From Epiperipatus broadwayi (taxonomy: Eukaryota; Animalia; Onychophora): a stretch of 64,000 bases of DNA. Below are positions 12,107 to 24,499 of the stretch, piece by piece (the first letter of the stretch is position 1; each line of letters begins with the position of its first letter). The notes under the pieces are model-generated. The model was not told where the DNA came from. It saw nothing but the letters and a program-made list of their open reading frames with translations, and searched no databases. The DNA lies in the NCBI GenBank assembly GCA_028023455.1, contig JAQFVV010000001.1, positions 1,178,001-1,242,000 of the forward strand, in the 5' to 3' direction. Made by a program: the position numbers and the translations under genes.

Positions 12107-15100
12107 AGTCTGTAATTTTTTGGAGATGTAAAAATGATTACTGATGATTGCCTTATTCTCATTTAAGCCTCCTATCACTCCAGAGACTCATCACTAAGAA
12201 GATTATTTTACTATGAAATTTCTGTGGAAAGTTATCAAGTAAAAGAAGAAACATAAATTATTCTAAACTCTGTGATTAATAATTTTGATAATTTCACAGT
12301 TTGCATATCAAAATATAGTTGCCTCTCATTTTTGACATGTCATATTTAAATTGTTTCATGAAAGATAGATATGGCAGGTTTTAGAAAGATTTGACATCGA
12401 GTTAAATCTGTATATTGAATTTACCATCAAATTTGTTTAAATTATTTATATATTATAATTTAATAAAATATAAAAATAAATATGAAATTAATTAAATATA
12501 GATATCTACTGCATGTTATTATTTATATAATTCATTAATATACTTTGTGTGTGTGTGTAAACTTACAAATAAGTGAGATATACATTTAATATAATCTACC
12601 GCAACAGAATTAAATGTTAAATAAACAACCTGTAACTTTTAAGGTTAAATAAATTTAGATTTTTTTTTTTTCCGCTTGATGTGCACTGTAGTCCCAATGA
12701 TTACAAATTATTTACACATTTAGACCTATATATGTATAAGTATACACGTATTAATGCAAACACACCACATAAATATAATTTTTAACAATAGTGTCTCTAT
12801 CTTAAGGTTTTTTTAACATTGTTTTACAATCAAATATACATTAAAATATCAATCATCCAAATAATTAGTATTGATAATGTTTTGAAAAATCATATAATTC
12901 AACTAACATTCATGAGATTTCATATTATTCAAGACAAAACAATTATGTAACTTTATTTTAAAATATGAAAAATTATAACAAAATAATTAATTTGGAAAAT
13001 GATTTGTTATAATGATCAAAACATTTTGAAGAAACTGTGTAATATTATTATCTGTTACAAAATAAAATATGTTTCAAAAGTTGGACTAGAAAGTAAAAGA
13101 ATTTTAAATAAATTAATTTAATAATATCTAGAATAAAATTGGTAAAAATATTATTATATCAAAATTAAACGATTATGTAATTTTTCTGATGGATTTATTA
13201 TTAAAAGATTTTTGTAAATATCAATTTTTTACTAAAATTGTAAAATATACTGTCTGTCAATTTAATTTAGATAAGAGAAAAATGTGAATGTTATTTCAGT
13301 ATAACAACTGTGGTATTAAGAATAATAAACTTAATTTGAGATGAGGGGGGATTAATTGACATTCAGATAATCTACTTTTATTTGTATCCTCACTGAATGC
13401 AATTAAGATATTAATATAGTATTTAGATGTGTAACTATAATGTATTTAGTGTTTATATAAATGTGAAAGTTAGAAACATTAAAATGAAAAAATTAATACA
13501 TATTTAACAAAAATATATATATTTAAAATTATCAATAAAAAGTTGTATTATCATTAATTTCATAATATTAAAGTGCATTATTTCAATAATTCTAATAATG
13601 TATACCTTTAACATTTTTTTTCCCTATTTCAATTTTGCTAATATTTTTAAAGTTACGGTATCATTATTATTGTTGTTAAAACATCAAATGTTCAAAGACT
13701 AGCTTTTTAAAAATAGTTAAGTATAATCATTTAAGAAAAATTTTAATATGTTGAGATTCCTTAATATTAACTGAAATTGTTTTTAATATATTTATATATG
13801 AATCTTTGCACATTTTAACTAATATAAATATCATCAAAAATATTCTTATTCGTGAAACACTAATAAAATTTAATTTCTTATATTGAAATGCTACATTTTG
13901 TTTTTAGAAAATATACATTGAATTCTCAATCCATTCTTTATGTGTATACTATTTTTCTATATTTATCATCTGCTTTTTTTAATCTTGAAATCAACACCAT
14001 AAAAATTACATTTTTTTTTTTGCTCAGCTGAAGTATTTTTCAAAATGTTATAATTTATTATATCTATCATTGTCCTAATACAATATTTTCCTCCATGTTT
14101 ATATATAGTATATCAATTTGAAATGACATTTTTATTATTTTTAAAAACTTAATAACCCTATTTTTATTTTAACATTATATATTTATTTAATTAACATAAA
14201 ATGTTTTGAAAATTATTCAAATTGGTTTAAGATTAAATTTCTCCCTCCACATACACTAATACTTTTTTTAAAATTATTATTTACCCTTCAAGTTGTTTTT
14301 AAAAATGGTTAACTTCATAGTGCATTCTGATTGAGAGATATGTTTTCATCTCATTTTGCTATATATTCTGTAAAAATAAGAGTTTGTGTATGTTTATATA
14401 AGCTTTTAAAAGCCCTATTTGAAGATAAAATTTTCCCAAAATAAGTCTTTTTTTTATTTTATTTACAAAATTGAAAACCTTAGACTAAAAGTAATATAAT
14501 AAAATATATGATAGATATGTTTTTTTATTTTAAATTTTTTTTTAAATCTAAACACTATAATTAATATTAATCCTGTTTTTTTAAATAAATATGAATACTA
14601 TGATATTAAAATTATGTATATATACTTTTCAAATAGGAAATTTGGAATATTTTGAATTATTAAAATTAAGTTATCATTAAATTATTTTTATTTATTATTT
14701 TTCTATATTTATAGTTTATTTTCTTCAATCCTTTAAAAAAATGATGAATCAAGAGTTCACTATAATAAATAATTAAGGATAAAATTTATTTCATAATAAA
14801 TAAATCATAAAATGAGTTATGGATTAACATATTGCCTTAAGTTTAATAATGTTTGCATAAAAATATGTAAATTGCATTTAATATATGTATTGCATTTAAT
14901 GCCGAGATAATATTTTATCTGTCTGGCAATTTATAATTATTTTTAAATTTCTTTTTTGATTGACAGAATTTATTTTGTAAGAGCAGGAAAGGAAGCATTT
15001 TACTTCATTGGAAAGTTGTAAAGAAGTATACTAATGTAATAAATTTGTTCACATCTCATTTTGAGTTTTTCATAGAAGAATTTATAATTCTTAAAGTTGT

Positions 15101-16167
15101 CCATTTTTATTATTATATATATATTTTTTAATTTATATCATCTTTAGCCTTTCAGCTTAAGAAATCATTTAGTGATTGGTATTTTTTTTAAGTAAATGCT
15201 TTTTATCTTATTATTTAAATAGGGCAGCTTTAACAACAACAACAAAAAGTTTGATCATTATTAAAATCAATATTTTTTCATTTAATGATACATTTAATTT
15301 TTATTTTAAACATTTTTACTTTTAAAAATTCAATGTTCAAATGTGTATAGACATCTCACACATTTATGCAAATAAATCAGAAATGTTTTTAGCATGACTT
15401 ATGTGTTTATGCAAAAAAAGTTTACTATGAAAATATTTTAATTTATTTTCGAAATTTGAATTTTTCATTAAAAATGAAAAATATCAACCTTTGAAACTTT
15501 GCTCTTGAGAGTCAATGAATGTTATATGTTCTTCATTTTATTTATTTATAAATGAATAAATTATATTAAAAAAAATTATTCCAAAGATTGCATTATTGAA
15601 AAGATAACAGTACTTATATAGCTTGCAAATATTTTAAGCTGGAGCTAGCATTACATTTGGATAAGAATTTTACATATATATAAGATTAATTTATCTTAAA
15701 TTGTCTTTTAAGTTTTACAAATTGTTTCCTTTTTCCATCAAACGTTGACACTTGAAACTTAAATTTCTGTAGATGGTGTAAGTTAAATCAATGTTATTTA
15801 AAATTATTACAGGTTTATGTGTTTTTATTTGATCATGTGCATATATATATATATATTATGAAACCAAATACGTATCATGTTAACAATCATACAATCACCT
15901 AATGTACAAATTTATCCAGATGTACAGATTAGATGGTGCAACTCGATAAATTTTTTATTATTGTGCTATATATATATATATCACTGACTATAATGCTAAA
16001 TCTTAAATATATCTTGAATATGACAAATCTCTATCATATTCCAAAAGAAATGATTCTGTCCTTCATAGGACATATATTTTACCAAATTAACCACTGACTT
16101 CATCAGTTATATTAGAATTTAAAGCACAGATTTTTTGCAATTCTACTAGTAAATTCATTTATAACTA

Positions 16168-16526
16168 TTATTAAAACAGGCAAAACTCTCTATACATATT
16201 GTCACTCAGTGCAAGCCAGAGTAATCAATGGATACCAGAAGGCTTGTGCATAAATTCCCATCTAGTGCCTACTCATCCAATATCCCCATTAGATCCTAAG
16301 ATCTAGGTGCAGTGCTCTCAGATCCAAGGCTTCTCACTGACAAAGGCCACAAGCCAGAAACTAGTCGGGGGATATTGGATGAGTAGGCACTAGATGGGGA
16401 TTTTATGCACAAGCTTTTTGGCATCCATTGATTACTCTGGCTTGCACTGATGACAATATGTATAAAGAGTTTTGCCTGTTTTAATAACAGTTATAAGCAA
16501 GCATAAGAAATGGAGATCATGTGATA
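16168..16526 (+). mobile_element. Hammerhead-bearing retroposon, family 1, with inverted 5' arm
   Basis: Arm 16168-16288 is the reverse complement of about 16367-16488; 13-bp TSD TCATTTATAACTA at 16155-16167 and 16527-16539. Confidence 0.85.
16331..16372 (+). ncRNA. Minimal type I hammerhead motif, core mutated (CTGACAA)
   Basis: ttctca-CTGACAA-a-ggc-cacaa-gcc-a-GAAAC-ta-GTC-ggggga; core G-to-A at a CpG. Confidence 0.55.
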
Positions 16527-19500
16527 TCATTTATAACTAAATAACAAATTATAAACATCATTATTTCAAATAATATATCGGTAAAGTAGTCAGTAAATTT
16601 AAGTTAATCATATACTATAACTAATTTTTAGCAATGCATAATTTTTATACTTTGAAAATAAATTGTATCACTGGTAGAAATGAAGCCATCATCTTATAGT
16701 ACTGTATAGAAATGTGTTCTGGGTTCTATGAAACACATCTTACAAGAGTCAATTTTTTTTTTTTAAAAAGTATGGTAATGATTGATAACTTTTAGGAAAC
16801 ATTTAAGATTAGCACTATAAAAAGCAGTAAGTATATTTCCATTTTTTATTACATATATAAATAAACATAGCATAATATTTACATGTGTAAATTGTTGTTT
16901 TTTTATGACTTATTCTTGCTTTTAAACACACACACTTTATGTATATATTCACACAAACATATACAAATATTTTCTACATATGTGTCTATCCCGTAATAAT
17001 TATACATTCACACACTCATTATATTAATGTAACCTTATTTTTTTTAATACATATTCTTGATTGTTGTTTTACTCAAACCGATTTCCAGGGCATATTTTTT
17101 TGCATTCTTTTTATTTTTATGAATTCTGTTACATATAGATTTTTCCAAATTTTTATTTTGTAAGTTATTTACTTTTTTCATTTATTGATTTTTTTTCATC
17201 TTCACATCATTTTATTTTGATTTTGACACTGCTTAGAGTTATAGGTTTATTTTTTTCTAATTTGTGTGTGCAAATGGGTTGGAGAAGAATAGTACCTGAT
17301 ATATAAATTTGTTTAAATTAGATGTTTTATCATTATAACATAATAAATATCCTTTATTGATGCTAATGTATAAGGGGAAAATCCACACATATATATAAAC
17401 AGCTAAAATTCTTTAAGAAGTAGGAAGGAGATGAGAAAATAGTCAAGAGTTTGTATTTGTAAATTATGATAAAAAATTTCCAAATTTTATGTATATTATC
17501 TAAAAGAAAGTTTATTTAATTAAGCTGAAAGTTTGTGTATAATTACATTTAAAAAGTTCACATTAATGTCTAAGTTTAATAAAATTTAAGCATGAATGTA
17601 TATACATTAGATTTCTACAAATCATTTTTGTTTTAATACTATTTTTATTTTTTTAATATGTTTTTATTTTATAAATCCAGTTCTGGAATATTGAAAAAGA
17701 GAAAACAATTTGAAAACTAATGTTTAATAACTATATTTTTAGAAAAGTTTTTAACATATACTCCCTTATAGATAATATATTCATGCTATATTTATAGAGA
17801 CGAAAATTTCTAAATATTTTAAAGTAATCATATGAATAGTAATTCCAGAATGATTATTGGTCTGCTTTGATTTTTTTAGACTTTTCAGTGGCACATTCAT
17901 TATTATAATGATGAATCCAGCCATTGTATTAATGGTCATCCTTTTCTTTCAATAATAAAAATTTTAATTTGAGCATTTTTTGCTTTAAGAAAAATTTGTA
18001 TCTAATCTGATTAAGTACCCACTTAATCAATTTTTTTTTTGAATATAAAAAGCTATTAAAAAATTTTTTTTTTTCATAAAACTTAATGGTAATGAATTTA
18101 TGCTATTTCATTTTTAAACCATGATATTATTGGGGTTTGAGTACAAATGCATCAAATCTGCTATATCATCATAAAAATTAATGAAAGAGAGTGTGTATAT
18201 ATGTGATAACCTTCATTTTAATATATATATATCAAAATTACAATAGTGCTAAATTAATTTCCTTATATATGATAGTTTGTATGGTGAATGTTTTACGTAT
18301 TGTCATTGAAATAAAATCAATGCTAAAAATAGACCATATGATATAAATGTGTGTGTGTGACTTGAAGGGAATTTATCTTCAAATAAGTGAATATTTTTAT
18401 TGTTTACTTTACAGTATCTTTATATTATATTATTTTTATGTGCTTCACACTTTCTTTTAAAACTCATAAGAGTTGTGGACTAGTTGGTAGTGATAGTTTG
18501 ATATTGTGAAATTTGAGTGGTCAGCTAGTCAATCCAGTGGTACTGTTGTATGTACATATAATGTCTTAATATTTCATAAACATTTGAAAAAACAAAAATT
18601 TAAATCTTCATATGTGGATGTCTTGTAAAACATTTTTTCACTTTTACAATTGATTAGTACTATAACTTCAGTATTTTGAAGGCTGCTTTTTTTTTTACTC
18701 TCTGTGAATAACATATACTTTTTTAAATTAATACTAAAACAAAAAAAAAAACACTAAACCTTATTGCATCATTGTTTATTGTTAGCTAATCTGATTATCA
18801 GATTTTTTGTTATTGTTTTTTTTTTTTTTTAATTGTAAAAATTATATTTTAGTATAAAAAATTATCCTTAATTATCATATAAATTAGATTAATAATTGAA
18901 TCCTTCAATGTAAATACAAATATCATGGTATTAGCTAAAAAAAATTATTTAGTTGCAATTTCATTTTTTATTATTTATATTAGAAAAAAAAAATTTTAAG
19001 ATACAACTTGGTTCAAAAATTAAGTAAACTATATGTATGTGTATATGCATAGATATGATATATTATTTATAACTGCTAAATTTAAAAGTGGGTACATATA
19101 TATGTATATATGTCGATTAAAAACATGGCAAGCTAAAAATTGTTATGTATTAAAGTATTAATTAATATTCCTGTGAGTGGTTTTATAAATGATACTGTAA
19201 TATAACTTATTTATTGATTAATGCTATTTTTTAACTCATTTATTAATTAAATTTAATTGTTTTATAATGGTGATTTGAATTACATAAAAAGTTGTTGTGT
19301 TTTTTCTAGGTAAAACGATAAGTAAATATTTGATCATTGTCATAATGGATAGCTTTGATAGCTTTTCATTACTTTGCAGTAATACTTAAAAAATTATTTT
19401 AGCATCTGATATTTAAGATCTGGAATACAGAATACTAAAATAGTTTTTTGTTAAAAGTTGAGGGTAAGCTCTCATTGATGATGGTCAAGAATAGCTGTAT

Positions 19501-21266
19501 TGCTTAATCATTGTGTTCTTTTCCCATGAAATATATTTTTCATATATCATTTAACCTATTTTAAAAATAATCTTTGTATTTTAGACAAAATAAAATATTC
19601 TATGCTAGTTTTTGATTTCTGTTGCAAAATCTTGAAAATATAACCTTGTTCTTCAATCAGATCTTAGAAAAATTATGAATCACAGAATAATTTGTCAGTA
19701 TTCCTTGTGAACACATGTTTTTTCCAATATTTATTTATAAGCTAAGTGTCTACAAAATTGTAAATCTGAAAAAATGTGACATCTTTGTGTGTAAATTGTA
19801 CAGCTTGCCCATAAGTTTTTTTGATTTTTATATTAATATGCACCCACATCTTTATATAATTATGTGTTTATTTGTATTTACTGTAATAAAAGCTGATGAT
19901 TTTTGGATCAATGTATGTTTAAGGTATATCAGTATATACATAAATGTGTGTGTGTGTATTTACCTATAGATTATACTAAATACATACTTATATATGTGAT
20001 ATAATATTAATGTGTACTTGTATATATGCATACGTGTACATGCATATATATCTGTACATACAAGTATAAACATTCTGTACATATTTTTTTATATATATTA
20101 TTATAATTTGTTTATTTTTATTTTTTTTAATGGTTGTAATGGAAATTATTTCTGTTGTTTACCTGTGTATTATATATATTTAAAATAAAGCAACTGTGAT
20201 CTTTCTCATTGAGTTGTTGTTTTTTTTTAATAATTAAATTGATGTTTTGCTATTTTTTTTAAAAATTTGTTCAAACAAAATGAACTTTTAATCATCTCTC
20301 TGGCACATTACTCCACTAGAATTTGGAAACTCTTGGATACTTGAAAAACAAAAAGCCATGATAATGCAATATTTCATATAAACAACAATTACTTTACACA
20401 TGTATGCAATATTAAAAAAAAACAGAGATCACAACAAAATAATAAAATATCCATATAAAAATAAATCACTTGATATTTAATAATTTGATATATATAAATT
20501 AATTAATACAGTATTTACTTACATTAATGCATACAAAACAAAACAAAAATTAAATATTCACTTTTTCTCACCTTTTTGCAAAATTGATGACAATTTGTTT
20601 CATATTAATTTTTTTAGGCCTGTTGGTGTTCAATTGCCAAAAGAGAAAGCAGTTTTATTTATCCTATCATGCTGTTCCTTGCATATGATTCAGCAATTTT
20701 AATTGTCTAAACAATCATTCAGTCAACGCAATGATCATAGAAATTGATAATATTATCACTGTTATTTCTGAAAAATTGTGTTTTATGAATGAATTTCAAA
20801 TTATTTTTCAGAAATCTATTGAATTTAGAAATTTATTTGACCAGTCATTTATGTAAATGTTTTGCAAAATGTTATGTTTTATTTTAATTTTTTTTAGCAT
20901 TTGAATATGCAATTAGATTTTTCTTTGTTAAAAAATTTAATACTGCACAATCTCTACACTATGGGATTTCATGCTCCCTACTTATATCACTGTTTTTTGC
21001 ATAATGTAATATGTATTGGGAATGAACTTCTTCATGCAAAAATATGGTTGTTTGTAGATATGTTGGATATATATATATTATAATGGGATGGTCATATGTA
21101 ATAAATTGGAAATGTGCAATAGAACAAAATAGCTCAATTGTTGAACACCATATGTAACAGAATGGATTGTGTTTCATATCCCATGATTGGTCGTGCTATA
21201 TACTGCTATACCCTTATTTAAGAGCCCCACAGATTAGGACACATTTTAACGATGAATATTTTTCAG

Positions 21267-21494
21267 AGGTGTATTTAACTATGGTGACCCATTGGGACTT
21301 CCAGGTAGGGCATTAAACATGATAAGGTAAGTGAGTTGTGATTTATTTAAGTTTTATGAAGTGGTCCCATGATGATTAATGATTGAGTGGGATGGAGTTC
21401 ATGCATAACTTTTCTTATTTGACCTCTTAGTGCTCTTCATTATGCCACAGAGTTCAAACTTAAGGAGGAGAATGTATATGTACTCTATTTCAAG
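21267..21494 (+). other. Two candidate coding exons (21267-21326, 21431-21494) of an unidentified gene or pseudogene
   Basis: ttttcag/AG|gtaagt and strong pyrimidine tract-ttag/AAG|gtataa; phases compatible; spliced peptide GVFNYGDPLGLPGRALNMISALHYATEFKLKEENVYVLYFK. No homology recognised. Confidence 0.35.
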
Positions 21495-23181
21495 GTATAA
21501 TCATTTCGTAACGTGCATTGGATATGTGTATTGTGTGATTAATCGGAAAATAGACAAAACAAAAAACATCCAATTTAATGTTTAACAAAATTTTGATGAT
21601 AGTTCCCATTCATGATAGTTTTATAACAAAAGTAATGTGTTTGTTTAATTTAATAATTGTAAAGGCATGATCATCCTTGTTTGCATTCATTAACTATATA
21701 CTAACCCATACCTTTGATCCCTATGAAGGATAGTCATTCTCTATTTTCAACTCAACAATCTCAAATTTACATCAAAAACAATGTTAAAACTATATTTTAA
21801 CAATTAATTCTTTGTTAACTAAAATTCCATGAAATCATTCGATCATTCAATTTCTACTCTGTCTATATTTTGTGATCTGTTGAGAGTTGCTTTTAGATTT
21901 TGAATTCCTCACCTATTCTGATATCATATAGATCTATGATAGAACAGACCAATCATTCAAGGTAGTAGTCACATTCCAGATAAATAATTAAATTAGTTTA
22001 ACAAAAACATATTGTATGGGTAGTTTATAAACCTACTGAAACCAGCCTTTATTTATCCACACAAGTCCATTTAAAAGATAAGCTTAACTAATAGATCATT
22101 TAATATACACTATCTAATTTGGAATTTAATATACACTATCATTTTTTTTATAAACATAAATATATGTGCACAATTAATGTTTGCTTTATTAAGCACTAAA
22201 TTAAACAAATGATACAATGAATTAGTTTTCCTTACCCAGTTAGGATCCTTTCTACATATATATATATAGACCAATAATGAGTTATTCGTTAATGTGTTGA
22301 ATGTCACAAATAAAGACTTGGATTCAGTAAACATAGTGATGACCTAAAGTCAAACAAATCACTAGGCAACCAAGTGTGGAAGATAAAAGAATTCTATTAT
22401 GTAATTTTATTTTTTACTATAATATAATATGCGCAACAATAGAAAGCTTTAGCAATGGAAATGCTTGTATACTAAACACTGGAAACTAAACTGGGTATAA
22501 ATGCAAACCCAGTTCATTTCCGTCATCTTTTGTTATTTTTCAAATGATACAAGAACTGTACAAAGTCAACTTTTAAAGATTGAATGTTTAAATCCAAGAA
22601 AGATGGTTGACTTGTTCGAACATTCCAAATTATTCGTATAATCTTCATAGTGCAAAATTATAAATTACAACCAATATTTAAACAGAAAAGTTTGATAAAT
22701 TCGTATGTTTGACAAAAAAGAATTGATTTTAAATTTAAAATAATAACCGCTGTTATTCGAACATGGAAAAAAGAAATAAAATCACTAGCATATATATATA
22801 AATGCTGAAATAACTTTTCTTATATAAGCTGTTAAATGCCAAATAGTAAATTAAGAAAAAGAATATTATGAACTGCTGTGCAATATATTCCAGCTAAATA
22901 TTGCCATAGAGCTGGATTGCTACAGTCCTATCATAGAAGTGTGATAATTTAATCTACTTGTCTATATAATGCCTAAAGAAACATCAAAAGTCCTACAATA
23001 AGTGTCTAAATGGATCCAGAAGTGAAGCAACTGCAGAAAATGGAAACATCGTTTCAAGTGCATTGCCAAGAAATTATAGTGGGTGGTGAATGACTTACCA
23101 AGGAAGGATGTTCGAAAGAGAGATAGAATATCCATAAAAGACATTATTGCTAAACTCATGGACACTAACCAAGATGAACTA

Positions 23182-23659
23182 CTAAACATCACATGATCAT
23201 TATTTCTACTATATGGGGAGAGTTTTGCCTGTTTTAACAACAGTAATGGGCTAGCATAAGAAATAGTGATCATGTGATGTTTAATGGTTTAACACCAATC
23301 CTGCCTAATCAGATAGTGGTGGCTATGGTTGTTAAAGAGCCAAAGACACCAAAATGTATGAGTACTGAACTGGGTTCAGACCCATATGACTATATAAGCC
23401 ATTGAGCTTAGATTGAAAATATTGTGTTTTCAATTTTCTATTTTGTAGTTGAGATAAAAGGTGGTTGCTGAGGTTTGCATTAGATCCTAAGATCTAAGTG
23501 CAGTACTCTCATATCCAAAGCTCCTCACTGACGAAGGCCAGAAACTAGTCTGGGGATATTGGATGAGCAGGCACTAGATAGGGATTTTATGCACAAGCCT
23601 TCTGGCATCCATTGATTACTCTGATTGGCACTACTATATGGAGAGAGTTTTGCCTGTTT
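23182..23659 (+). mobile_element. Hammerhead-bearing retroposon, family 1, circularly permuted monomer
   Basis: Terminal redundancy ctactatatgg.gagagttttgcctgttt at 23206 and 23631; 25-nt inverted 5' piece; TSD CAAGATGA(A/T)CTA at 23170-23181 and 23660-23671; empty paralogous site at 49846-49857. Confidence 0.9.
23522..23556 (+). ncRNA. Minimal type I hammerhead motif, intact CTGACGA core, stem II partly deleted
   Basis: tcctca-CTGACGA-aggcca-GAAAC-ta-GTC-tgggga; tcctca pairs with tgggga. Confidence 0.6.
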
Positions 23660-24499
23660 CAAGATGATCTAATGAATGTTTTGATTTATTATATATATTT
23701 TTTTTTTATATTTGTAAAAATTATAATTTTACTTGTAGCTTATATGCGCCTAGAACTTGGAAGAATCCATTAGGCTTGAAAGCAAGAAAGTGAAGGGGGA
23801 GAGGGAATTATTAAGTTAGACAAAATATTTTTTTATGTTAAATAAAATTTATGTTAACTTTCCCTTCATAGTGACTTCACAATTTGATCATCATTATGAT
23901 ACAGAATGAGGTAAAAATATTGATACTATTCCATATTAAGTACATTCACTACTACAGGATAGTTTGTTATTTTCTTTGTTAATTAACAATTGTTTATCTA
24001 TTTTTTGGTATAAATGACTGACCTTGTGCGAGTGCTCTTTCCTATTAACTTTAGGGAATTGCACATAGAGGGGGTCACCAAAGAAGATGGAGTAGCAATA
24101 ACTGGAATTGGATGATGAGGCTGTTGTGGATCTACTTATATAATATTATACATTAGTGAGCTTGATGGTCAATTTAATAAAAAAATTTTTTTTTTGCTTT
24201 GTAAATAATTAGTGCCATGTTATGTACTTCTACCATGGGGTTGAAATAATAGAAAACCTTTAATTGCTAATATGGAAGAAATACATTCTCGACACACACA
24301 ATTGTTATTATACTATGATTAAAAGTTTTGAATTTTTTGTTTTGTTAAACATTGTTAACTTGATTTTCATTAAAATGGTCTCTAGTTTATCAAAGTCATT
24401 TATACATTGTCATCATCTATAATCAGATGTATACCCACACACATTTCATTCTTATATAATAATATATTAATATGATTGGATAGATTTTTAAATCAATTG

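Larger units (their letters stand above)
22030..24235 (+). repeat. Long dispersed direct repeat; the partner copy is split into 28050-28260 and 48975-50375
   Basis: Continuous alignability, e.g. gtgatgacctaa.gtcaa.c.aatcactaggca.ccaagt at 22336 and 49004; both copies share an (AT)n followed by aatgagttattc. Confidence 0.85.

Noticed and set aside
12440-12480. ATP8A polyadenylation signal
   Set aside because: AATAAA is too frequent in this AT-rich region to locate the 3' end.
20618-21083. Further exons upstream of the 21267 candidate
   Set aside because: Acceptor-like sites exist, but the 20618 site hits stops in all frames and no consistent splice path to 21267 was found.
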